Assembly: GCA_030704615.1 (NCBI GenBank)
Contig: CM060734.1
Coordinates: forward strand, 51,274,001 to 51,338,000
Source: Takakia lepidozioides
Taxonomy: Eukaryota; Plantae; Bryophyta
Direction of reading: 5' to 3'
DNA length: 64,000 nt
A model generated the notes under the pieces. The model saw only the letters and a program-made list of their open reading frames with translations, did no database searches and was not told the DNA's origin. Shown here piece by piece: positions 22,885-34,640 of this stretch (position 1 is the stretch's first letter; every line of letters begins with the position of its first letter). The translations under genes were made by a program, and so were the position numbers.

Positions 22885-24207
22885 GACAAAAGAAAAAGCT
22901 GACAGAAGAGAAGAGAAGAGCAAGAGCAAGAAAAGACAAGACAAGAAAAGACCAAGACTTGTGAGAATTCCGAAGAATGCACAACAGGGAGCACGCACAG
23001 CAAGGAGTGCAGGAAGAATATGAATGGCTGCGAGAAGGGGAAAACTGAACAATGATCAAAGAACGAAGAACGAAGCTAGCTAGATGTCACCCGTAAGGCA
23101 CGTCGGTTAAGCGAAAGACGGCGGTTCATTAAAATCTGGCGGCTTGCAATCAATTATATCCGCACTGACTCACACGTGTATGAGTTGCAATCCCGGTGTC
23201 ACCCGGAATAGCGGAGTGTAACCCGTAACCCTACACTTGTCAGCGCGACAAACCGGCCATTACTCGAATGCCAGGCACGTCGAGTGTAACCCTCCGTCAG
23301 GTACCCAGATATGATGTAACCCTTCGTCACAACCTCATGTACCCCTAGTCTATGTGACTCCCGAACACAACATCGATGTAACCCTGTCATATCAAACCAT
23401 TAGTATGCAACCTCCAGGTAAACATGGTCAATGTAATGCCCCACCCATGTAACCCTAGCCTATGTGGCTCCGCGAGCGCAACATCCACGTAACCCATCAA
23501 ACATGTCAACCCATCTAAACCTCCATTACTAAACCGTCTACCAAGCTAGCATGTATTGAGAAAGAAAACACCGTGTAACCCCCTGTGTGTAACCATACCA
23601 CACGTGAGGTAGTCATATAAACCATCAGACATGTAACCGGTTGACAGTGCTTGCAAAACACGCATGATTCGATACGTATTGCATCCATAATAGCGATGAG
23701 TAGGCTGCCCCGGCTGGTGTGTGAACAAAAGATACACGAGAGGAGAGTGAATGGGCACCCCGTCAAATGAGCGGCTGCTTGCATGGCTAGACCGAAAGAA
23801 ACAAAACCCTTTCCTAATGCGGATCTTAGGAATACCATAGCCATCGGGGACGGTGACAAAACAACAAGAATGACATTGAGAAAGAAAAATGATAGAGACA
23901 ACCGTATCAATCGTAGAGAAAACCGTGGTAATAAATTTGACGGATCGTTGCACGGAAAGAGTTGTCTTGTATGTTGCTGGGATGACGATACTGAACTGAA
24001 TGAACTACAAATCTTTCGCATTGATGTGTGAAGCCGATTGGGCACCATGGGAATTGCAGAAAGCTGATGCCCCAAAGCAAAAAAACGAGCGAGCTAAGAA
24101 TCTGGAAACGGATGGAGAGAGCAAATTAGGGTTTCGGCCTCTATTTAAACCTCCATTCGGCCGTCGGATAGTTTACACGTGTATGATGTACACGAGGCGG
24201 TGATACT

Positions 24208-26540
24208 GAGGGTTACATGGTGGTGAGGGTTACAGAGGGTCAGAGAGGGTTACATGGAGTGAGGGTTACATAGGGGTGAGGGTGACACTCTGCGGTGTTA
24301 CAGAGGGTTACATGGTGGTGAAGGTTACAAAGGGTCACAGAGGGTTACATGGGTTACAGAGGGTTACATAAGGGGTGAGGACGACACTCTACGGTGTTAC
24401 AGAGGGTTACATAGGTTACAGAGCCACAGAGGGTTTGTGAGGGTTACATGGAGTGAGGGTTACATGGTGGCGAGGGTGACACTCTGCGGTGTTACAGAGG
24501 GTTACATGGAGGTAAGGGTTACACCTGGTGAGGGATATAGAGGGTCATAGAGGGTTACATGGAGTGAGGGTTACATGGTGGTGAGGGTTACAGAGGGTCA
24601 AAGAGGGTTACATGGAATGAGGGTTACATACGGGTGAGGGTGACACTCTGCGGTGTTACAGAGGGTTACATGGTGGTGAGGGTTACCAAGGGTCACAGAG
24701 GGTTACATGGGTTACAGAGGGTTACATGGATTACAGAGGGTTACATGGAGTGAGGGTTACATAAGGGGTGAGGGCGACACTCTGCGGTGTCACAAAGGGT
24801 TTGTGAGGGTTACGGAGGGTTACATGGTGGCGAGGGTGACACTCTGCGGTGTTACAGAGGGTTACATGGTGGTAAGGATTACACCTGGTGAGGGATATAG
24901 AGGGTCAGAGAGGGTTACATGGAATGAGGATTACATAGGGGTGAGGGTGACACTCTGCGGTGTTATAGAGGGTTACATGGTGGTGAGGGTTACAAAGGGT
25001 CACAGAGGGTTACATGGGTTACAGAGGGTTACATGGAGTGAGGGTTACATAAGGGGTGAGGGCGACACTCTGCGGTGTCACAAAGGGTTTGTGAGGGTTA
25101 CGGAGGGTTACATGGTGGCGAGGGTGACACTCTGCGGTGTTACAGAGGGTTACATGGTGGTAAGGGTTACACCTGGTGAGGGATATAGAGGGTCACATGG
25201 GTTACAGAGGGTTACATGGTGGTGAGGGTTATAGAGGGTCAGAGAGGGTTACATGGAGTGAGGGTTACATACGGGTGAGGGTGACACTCTGCGGTGTTAT
25301 AGAGGGTTACATGGTGGTGAGGGTTACAAAGGGTCACAGAGGGTTACATGGGTTACAGAGGGTTACATAAGGGGTGAGGACGACACTCTACGGTGTTACA
25401 GAGGGTTACATAGGTTACAGAGCCACAGAGGGTTTGTGAGGGTTACATGGAGTGAGGGTTACATGGTGGCGAGGGTGACACTCTGCGGTGTTACAGAGGG
25501 TTACATGGAGGTAAGGGTTACACCTGGTGAGGGATATAGAGGGTCACATGGGTTACAGAGGGTTACATGGTGGTGAGGGTTACAAAGGGTCACAGAGGGT
25601 TACATGGGTTACAGAGGGTTACATAAGGGGTGAGGACGACACTCTACAGTGTTACAGAGGGTTACATAGGTTACAGAGCCACAGAGGGTTTGTGAGGGTT
25701 ACATGGAGTGAGGGTTACATGGTGGCGAGGGTGACACTCTGCGGTGTTACAGAGGGTTACATGGAGGTAAGGGTTACACCTGGTGAGGGATATAGAGGTC
25801 ACAGAGGGTTACATGGAGTGAGGGTTACAGAGGGTCAGAGAGGGTTACATGGAATGAGGGTTACATACGGGTGAGGGTGACACTCTGCGGTGTTACAGAG
25901 GGTTACATGGTGGTGAGGGTTACAAAGGGTCACAGAGGGTTACATGGGTTACAGAGGGTTACATAAGGGGTGAGGACGACACTCTACGGTGTTACAGAGG
26001 GTTACATAGGTTACAGAGCCACAAAGGGTTTGTGAGGGTTACATGGAGTGAGGGTTACATGGTGGTGAGGGTGACACTCTGCGGTGTTACAGAGGGTTAC
26101 ATGGAGGTAAGGGTTACACCTGGTGAGGGATATAGAGGGTCACAGAGGGTTACATGGAGTGAGGGTTACAGAGGGTCAAAGAGGGTTACATGGAATGAGG
26201 GTGACACTCTGCGGTGTTATAGAGGGTTACATGGTGGTGAGGGTTACAAAGGGTCACAGAGGGTTACATGGGTTACAGAGGGTTACATGGAGTGAGGGTT
26301 ACATAAGGGGTGAGGGCGACACTCTGCGGTGTTACAGAGGGTTACATAGGGTTACATGGGTTGCAAAGTGTTACAGAGGGTTACATGTAGTGAGGGTTAC
26401 ATAGGGGTGGGGGTGACACTCTGCGGTGTTATAGAGGGTTACATGGGTTACAGAGGGTCATGGGGTTATATGGGTTACAAAGGGTTACATGGTAATGTGG
26501 GTTACACTCGGCGGAGTTACAGAGGGTTACATGGGGGTGA
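24208..26540 (+). repeat. 2.3 kb G-rich minisatellite of GAGGGTTACA(T) units with ~260-360 bp higher-order periodicity
   Basis: Continuous GGGTTACA/GGGTGACA units. The marker ACACCTGGTGAGGGATATAG recurs near 24521, 24881, 25169, 25520, 25777 and 26116. Confidence 0.97.
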
Positions 26541-26837
26541 TGGTTGAACCCGGGGCGGGGGTTACAGGGAACTGGCGGACTGCTGGAAGCGGCGGACTGG
26601 TGTCGCAGAACGAGGACGCAGGGGGCGACGACGCGCCTGGGGCGACGACGCCAATGGGATGAGGGCGGGGGTGGGGAGGGATTGACCGAGCCCAGCCGGC
26701 TGCCTTTCGATGTCTGCCGGAGGCGAAGAACCGGCGGTACGGGTGTCAGGGCTGGACCGTCCTGACGCGCTTGCATTAAGTTCTTATATTATTCCTATTA
26801 TCTTCCCCCACTCATACCCACCCCATTTAGTATGTTC

Positions 26838-27560
26838 AGACCAGTGTTGGACTGGTATATAGGTGAAGGACTGGTATAAAGTACTGGTATATGCACTGGT
26901 ATTAGATACCAGACCAGTCTGGTATCTTTTGGGAGAATACTTGGTCATATACCAGACCAGGCTGGTATCAATTTTTTCATACCAGCCACAATACCAGTAC
27001 TCCCCCGCAGTCTACCTCATTTACTCTGGTATGTGTACCATATTAATTTATGTGTATATTTGCCTATATATTTGTATTTATGTATATTTACTTCTAAAGC
27101 CATCTTGAATTTCAAGTTTATCAAATAGCAAATATCAAGTGAAAATAAATACAATACACATAAAGGATGATACCAGAGTTGATACCTCATACCAGCTGGT
27201 ATTGTGGTCATGATACTCATACTCATACCAGTATTTGGACATGAAAACTTTGTGATACGCCTGGTACCAGGACCAGACTGGTATGTAAAAAACTTGATAC
27301 CAGTCCAACACTGGTTCAGACCAGTGTTGGACTGGTACGTCCTTTTCTTAATACCAGACTGGTACTGGTGTGAAGGGTCCCACCCCTTTTTTCATACCAG
27401 GCTGGAATAGGTATCTATACAGGTATGAGCAACTTGGGTATGAATCTGGTGTGAGTAGTTGTACTTTGGGCTGCATATGAGTATGGTACTGGTATTGTCC
27501 TTTCTCTGTATTGATACTGGGGGATATGAGCACTGGTATGGTATTTCTACAGCTCACCAT
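26838..27560. repeat. Dispersed TGGTAT/ATACCA repeat (copy 2)
   Basis: Direct-orientation match to 5465-6160. Confidence 0.8.
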
Positions 27561-27959
27561 ACATAGAAATAAATGTCATTTAGCACACAGCTAATTGTAA
27601 TATAAGCCGTGAAACACTAGGCAAAGATAACCCAAAGTAGCATGAAACAGCAAATGAAGTCTGAATTGCAACATGGAGCCTTGAATTAACAAAATTGGAG
27701 TACAAGTTATAACTAGCTGCACTAACATATACTCATACGGGCCTACCTCCATTCGCCATGAACTCACCACAATACTGGTATCGGGACCATTCTATGCCTC
27801 CGTGTACCCAGACTGGTATGGTATGTGTGGGGGGAAATCCTAAAGACATACTCCCCCCAACAAGTGTATCACATGGGTTCTTATACCCGATTGGTATGTT
27901 CTTCAATATATATATTCATACATGTATTCCACACCTAAGTTCAACTAGGTATACTAGTC

Positions 27960-28610
27960 CGACACTGGTGAAGACACCATGGCGTTGCTGCTGAAGCCAA
28001 TATCCGAAAAAGTATTTGGTCATCTTTTCCCCCTTGCATGGTTGACCAGTTCACTCCAGCCTGTAGCTTAAGTTTTTTCTCCTGAAGGTTGTGATGGATC
28101 TCGAGGTTTTTCCTAGCTTCCAAGTATGTGAGGTAAGTGTGCTCATCACGACGAGGAGATTCCAGCCTGAGCTGACAAACTTTCAAGCACTTGCGAGTGC
28201 CTTGACTTTATGCTTACTGATGGTTGCCAGGGTCTGGCTCATTTTCTGACCGTGGATGTTGACGGCTTTAATCTTGGCCATGAACCGATCTGTTGGGTTC
28301 TGATTGACTGAACCTGATTGCTGCTAGGCCTGGATGAGACCCTACTTGAAGGATGGCAGTTTGAGGAGGATACTACTAAGCTTGTACAAGCCTCTGCCTC
28401 TACGTTGAATATCTAGGATGTTGATTGCCACTGATATTGGAGCATGATGAAATCCCAAAGGGATTGGCTGCTGTGGCAATCTTTTCGACCACTGAACTAT
28501 GTTAAGTGAGATGTAGGCTCTGTCCAAACGTGCCATCTGCAGGTTGTTGAGGGCTCTGTTGTTGGTCCAGGTGGGGGTTGGTATCGTGTGAGCACAACCC
28601 GCGGTCATAG
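27960..28610 (-). pseudogene. LINE ORF2 fragment: end of the AP-endonuclease domain and following linker
   Basis: PTWTN...MARLDRAYIS...GFHHAPI...RGRGLYKLSSILL matches the FTW...SRLDRF...SDH.PI...WK.N pattern. Stops follow downstream. Confidence 0.75.
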
Positions 28611-29818
28611 GGGTTAAATGTTTTCAAACCGCGGTCATAGGAATTACATGTTAACAGGCAAGGTGCATATGTGAGTACCTTCAAATTTATTTTCTCAATG
28701 CAAAAATAACTTTTCCAGGGCTTAAATTGCTGATACCCGGACTGAAAACCACGATTTTTGTTTTTGCGCCCTTTTCTCAAGTCTATGCCGGAAAGGGCCT
28801 AGTATCCGGTTCGCATAATGTGAGGAAACCCCCCGCCTATAGGGTAACATGTTTATCGTGTATAGGTGTTACTTGTTTCTTAAATGATGTTGTGAGGGCC
28901 TATGTGAACAGTTAAAAATAATTTCGCAAAGTTTTTAGTTTCTCAATTTTAGTTTCGCTGAAGAATATGCGAAAAAAATCTAGGGAATATCCTGAATATT
29001 CGCTTATGCTCACGTTAGCATACTCACACGCTACCCAACCTTGTCGAGGTAAACGCAATCGTTGGCGCACGCTCCCGCCAACAGCAGGGCGTCGCAACAC
29101 AACCCCCCCCCCCCCCCCCCTTTTTTTGCAGTACTGTCTCCCTGGAACAACTCCACATGATCCTAGAGAACATCAAAACCAAACACCAGCAAGAGCTTGC
29201 AGTAGCACAAACTACATGCCACCACAAGGTTACAATTGCTGACTTCGAGGACGAGAAAAACGCTATTCTTCGTTAGTACAACAACTGAGGTCCATCAAGC
29301 TGACTGGGAACACAAATGGGAGAGACAGAGGGGTCGCAGCAGCGGCAGCCCCAGTGTCGGGCTGCCGCAGCTGCGACCCCACACACTGGGGCTACGACGC
29401 TGTGACGCCCTAGTGCATCCATGCGGTGCATCTATCCTCATCAAGGGCTTTCCAACAGTACCAAGAGTGTAGGGGGAGGCCCCGTGGTCTGGGAAATCTT
29501 TACGTAGCAGAAACAACAAACAAAACAAACAAACCATACGATAGTCTTGAGAAATACATATACATATATAGTGTTCTTTGTTTTGTTGTGGTTTCAAATA
29601 TTTTTGGTATTTTTATATCAACAAAAATAAGATTTCTAGAAGGTTGTTGATCTATGCGGACATCAAAGTCCTCCACTGACAACTTTACTGCGACTCTACT
29701 ACAACCTAATTTCAAGTATCTCAGCTCAAAGGTTGCAACAGAATCCTTCAGACTTGCAACCAAACAACCACGTGCGACTTCCTCGTAATACTACTTCGTC
29801 TTATCATTGCATTTCATC

Positions 29819-30235
29819 ATGGCACTACATTCATCAGTTGTGCTCACCGCTCTCATTCTCATAGACTTGAGCATTCAAGGCGGTGTTGTGGCACTCGGCA
29901 TCAATTGCCGCGACAGCTCCAATTACAATAATGCGGAGAACCATGGAGCACTGCAATAGTTGGTGACTGTCATCAACGATATCAACCCCAATTGCTTTTA
30001 CAACAATAAAAAAAAAATTACATGCGGCGCTTTCGAGGGACAATTCATTTGTGTCTTCTGCAAAAGGTCCGACAGCACTCCCGACTTCTCGATCAAGACC
30101 TTGATTCAACAACTTACAGATCACGGTTGTAAGGTCTGTGGAAGTATTTCACTTTCTTATCCACAAGACAACAATGTTGCCGACGGGATGCTGACTTTCA
30201 ACGCTGTCGCTTTTGGCTGCGGGCAATGCCAATAA
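29819..30235 (+). pseudogene. KP4 killer-toxin-like secreted Cys-rich protein, copy 1 (intronless; TAG at 29957-29959)
   Basis: Signal peptide MALHSSVVLTALILIDLSIQGGVVA, then LGINCRDSS...LTDHGCKVCGSISL...NNVADGMLTFNAV, matching the recalled KP4 motifs LGINCRGSS and HGCRVCGS.PL...NDV..G.LT.N.V. Confidence 0.88.
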
Positions 30236-30773
30236 TGTTGACCTATGCTAAGCGGAAAGTAAATGTCCTAAAGCGAACACGGTGACAATGATATGAATAT
30301 AGCAAAAGACTTTAGGAAAGTTGGTATCCGTGGTAGCGTACCAAAGATGCCAGCTGCATGCCTTATTGAAGCAGAATACGAAGCAACGGCTTTTGTTTTC
30401 TATTTTGTTTTTTCTAGAAAACTTGCAGGAAATAGCCGTGTATTCTGTTCATTTTATGTGGAGAAGTTTGGCGATTTCATCCTTGAAATAACAACATTTG
30501 CGACAAAACAATTTATTTACGTATTCTTTGTTTGGTTGTGGATTCGATATTGTATTGTATTTTTAGATTAACAAATTTATATGTTTAGAAGTTTGTTGAT
30601 CTATGTGGACATCAAAGTCCTCCACCGGCAACTTTACTACAACTACTACAACCTGATCTCAAGTATATATATGTCTCTGCTCGAAGCTTACAGTAGAATA
30701 CATTAGACTCGCAACCAAGCAAACACAAGCGACCTCCTTGTAATATTTCTTCGTCTTACCATTGCATTTCATC

Positions 30774-31220
30774 ATGGCACTACATTCATCACTTGTGCTC
30801 ACCGTTCTCATTCTCATAGCCTTGAGCATTCAAAGCGGTGTTGCGGCAACCGGCATCAACTGTCAAGGCAGCAGTGATTGATGGATAAGGTTTCAACATG
30901 GACCAGTGGTACAAACGTTGGTGAACGCCATCAACGATCATATCGACCCCAATCGCTTTTACAACAATGAAGAACAGATTGCCTGCAGCATATTTAGACA
31001 ATATGTTTGTGTCTTCTGCCAAGGTTCTGGTGGCGCTCCCGGCCACTCGATCAAGACCTTGATTCAAGAACTTGCAGATCACGGTTGCAAGACCTGTGGG
31101 AGTATTCCACTTTTCTATCCAGAGGACAACGATGTTGCCAATGGTATGCTGACCATCAACGCGGTCCAAAATGCCTACACTTTTGATACTTATGATGGTG
31201 GCTACGTTGGCATATGCTAA
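30774..31220 (+). pseudogene. KP4 killer-toxin-like secreted Cys-rich protein, copy 2 (intronless; TGA at 30879-30881)
   Basis: MALHSSLVLTVLILIALSIQSGVAA-TGINCQGSSD*...LADHGCKTCGSIPLFYPEDNDVANGMLTINAV...GIC*. About 250 bp of upstream sequence is shared with copy 1, giving a ~955 bp tandem duplication. Confidence 0.88.
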
Positions 31221-33289
31221 TGAGCGGAAAACAAACACTACAACACCCCATGGGATTTCCAACCAGCGAGGTTTCACTGTCATTTTCACTATTGACACAT
31301 TTCACTATCATTTTCACTAGATTGTTAATAATTGCTGACAAGATACTCAACTCACTATATAATAGTTATGTTGGAAGTGATATTTATTATATTTCAATAG
31401 CTATTTGTAGTAAAACTACGTCAAAGAGGTTTCATATGACCAAGATATGGCCAAGCCTACAATATATAATTTAAATCTGACCTTATAAACTCTAAACAAT
31501 AAATGTTAATTCCGCATTCATTAAATTTTTGGCTTAGAAGCATATAATTGACTAATTAGTCAAATCTTTCACTATAGCTAGGGAACATGACTCACCTATA
31601 CACGTGGCACAATATGAGTGGCTGAAAAATGCGTGGGACCAGCTACGTGGGATATATAGTCATGGATACTTTTTGATTCAATCTCTTCGTCTTTAGTTTA
31701 ACGAAGTCCTACATGTGCGAGCTTGCGTGATTATGTGTAGGATCTAAGTCCTAAAATGTGTAGTTTGTATATTGTGTGTGATCTTTGAAGGTGGTTGAAC
31801 TAGCTTTTCTCATGCATAGAAGAGTCTGTTGTCACTCACCGTAACATTACTAGGGTTTTGTAGATTTTGAGAATTGGTGGATAGTGGTGCAACGGCTATG
31901 TTTGGTCGCGGCTTGATGAGAATACGGCAAGGCTGAAAAGGCAGCGTTTTGGAGTACAAGACAACTTGTCCATCTTGCAAATGTGGGCTCTTGATCTTGT
32001 ATCATGGTTTGATATTTTTCTTGGTATTTACAAGATTCTTGGGAGGGTCAACTTGGTCTTAGGAGGCCGAGTTTCTATGGCAAATGGCTACTCAGCTGCA
32101 CCAAAAATTGTGCGTTTGAAGAACAGTTTTGATGTCAAAGTTGACCTTCCCAAAGAAATTCTTTAAAGAATCAACTGAAGTAGCTCTTTCTGGTTCACAC
32201 AGTTGAGCTCGAATTTGTCTTGCTTTGCATCCAGTGCAACCCTAAATAGACCAAACCTACAGCTGCTGTCAGGAAGAAGCATCAAGCTAGGGTTAAGCAA
32301 GTTCAAAGTGTGGACGTTGTGGAAAAGAAGCCAAGGGGCTACATAGGCTTGGGCTTGAAGACAACAATGGCAAGCACTTGGAGAGCACTAAGAAGCTCAA
32401 GAGGTTTTGAAAGGGAGCATGTGAAGAAATCTTCCAATCATGGTGGTGTGGAGCCAAGCTTAGGGCGCCATTGGAAGGGCTTGGAGATATATGGTGGGAA
32501 ATCCTTGAAGAGAAATCATCATTCAATGTATGCATAGCTTCACCCTAACTATGTAATGTGACAAGAGGGGGAGACAATATTTGGCTATTTTTAACTGTGT
32601 GGGGGAGTTTGGCCTAGAAAACATACAGTTCACAAAAACAAAAAGGCTGGCAGGAACACAATTCACATTACATTCCATCCAAGTTTTTTTTTTTTACAAA
32701 AAAAAAGTAGGCCAATTTGAGTCATTCTCTCAATGATTGCACTTGCTTCCGCAGAACCATTGCTTCCGCAGAACCAAGTCTCTCACTGAAGTCTTCCACT
32801 AAGAGGACCCTTAGCCAATCACTCTTGCCATAGTTTTCAATTTGCCACTCGTTAAGTTTCATCTCTCAGGTTTTCCCCCATTTTCTTCCCTAAGCTCTAT
32901 GACCTATCTGCGGACGTTATAAAGCACCATTTCATTTCATTTCATTTCATTTCTCATACTTTTAATTTTTGGCTTTGATTTTATTTCCTCTCTCATGTTC
33001 TCTTCCATTTTGTCCCATAAACACTAGGAGCTTCCCGCGACATTATAGAGCACCAATTCATTGGATCATTTCATTTCTCATAGTTTTTATTTTGGGCTCT
33101 GACTTTTTAATCTCTCTCATATTTTTTTCCATTTTGTCCCACGAGCACTATGCACTTTCCGGCGTCTGCGGTCGTTATATAACATCATTTCTTTCCAAAT
33201 CTCATAGGGGGACATACTTTCAACTGTGTTTTTGCTATTTTTGGATGGGCAGCGTGCGTTCCTATTTTTGGCACATGTTCCTCTCGGTG

Positions 33290-34640
33290 ATGATCCAAAT
33301 GTCTTCTCCCTTCGTTCTTGCATTATTCTTTTCCCTTGCTCTGGATTGACATGCACTTGCCATTTTTATAGTTTGTTTTCTACGTATCTTAATACCAGGT
33401 TCCAAGGACGAGTCTTTGACTAAAATACTTTCCGTTTCAATGACTCTTTCATAACATTTGTTTCTCCATTTTTATTTTATTTTCTACCCTACTAACACAT
33501 ACTAAGTTCGAGCGAGTGCGAGTCTGTGCATGAAAGCCAAACCCTAAACCCTTACCCTTCCCTTTACAAATAGGAATGAACTATCCATACCATAACCATA
33601 ACCATAACTATTATGGTTATTCAAATGTCTTCTCCCTTCATTTTGGCGCTACTTTTTTCCTTTGTTTTCGATTGCCATGCACTTACATTTGCATAGTTTG
33701 TTTTCTAAGTATCTTAATACCAGGTTCCAAGGACGAGTCTTTAATTTAAATACTTGTCCGATACAATGACTAAACTTCCATAATATTTTGTTTCTCCATT
33801 TTTTTTTATTTTCAACCCTACTAACAACACTAAGTTCTAGCGAGTGCAAGTCTTCCACATTTGTTTGTCCATTTGTATCTTAAACCCAAACCCAAAACCC
33901 CTACCCTCAACCCTTACCCTAAAACCCTAAAACTTTACCCTTAAGCCATTACCCCTAAACCCTTACCCTTCCCTTTACAAATGGGAATGAACTATTCATA
34001 CCATAACCATAACCATAACCATAACCATTATGGTTATCCAAATGTCTTGGTTATCTAAATTTTTATTTTGTACCCTACTAACACACACTAAGTTCTAGCG
34101 AATGCGAGTCTTTCATGTTTGTTTGTCCATTTGTACCTTAAACCCAAACCCTAAACCCTTTGCCCTAAACCCTCACCGGAAACCCTAAACCTTTACTCTT
34201 AAGCAATTACCCTAAACCCTTACCCTTCCCTTTACAAATGGGAATGAACTATCCATACCATAACCATAACCATTATGGTTATCCAAATGTCTTCTCCCTT
34301 CATTTTTGCGCTAGTTTTTGACATGCACTTACCTTGGCATAGTTTCATTTCTATGTATCTTAATACCAAGTTTCAAGGATGAGTCTTTAATTTAAATACT
34401 TGTCCGTCTCAATGACTCTTCCATAATATTTGTTTCTCCATTTTTATTTTTATTTTTATTTTCTACCCTACTAACACACACTAAGTTCTAGCGAGTGCGA
34501 GTCTTCCATAATTGTTTGTCCATTTGTACCTTAAACCCAAACCCAAAACCCCCCAAAACCCTTAACCTTACCTTTACCATTACTCCTAAACCCTTACCCT
34601 TCCCCTAACCCTAAGCCTTACCCTTACCCTAAGCCATTAT
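33290..34640. repeat. Degenerate tandem array of ~250-420 bp units containing telomere-like CCCTAAA/CCCTTA runs and (CATAAC)n
   Basis: The unit marker CAAATGTCTT recurs near 33296, 33622, 34039 and 34284. CCCTACTAACA...CTAAGTTC..GCGAGTGC and CCCTTTACAAAT.GGAATGAACTAT also recur. Confidence 0.85.

Larger units (their letters stand above)
15782..26540 (-). mobile_element. Large putative DNA transposon carrying a zinc-finger/Ulp1-protease gene, saturated with GTAACC/GGTTAC motifs; superfamily unresolved
   Basis: Motif arrays run in opposite orientation at the left (16150-17330, GTAACC) and right (24208-26540, GGTTAC). Degenerate spliced ORFs lie on the minus strand. Ulp1 cargo is typical of Mutator, CACTA and Zisupton-like elements. 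No transposase or terminal inverted repeat was identified; the left end may lie in or beyond the gap. Confidence 0.55.

Noticed and set aside
24707-26547. Repetitive ORFs (VTEGYMVVRVT, RGLHG) and a CRISPR-like look
   Set aside because: These are translations of a satellite. There are no unique spacers and no cas genes, and the context is eukaryotic.
30789-31298. 169 aa minus-strand ORF, and the similar 29834-30124 ORF
   Set aside because: Antisense shadows of the KP4-like genes; the signal peptide and family motifs are on the plus strand.
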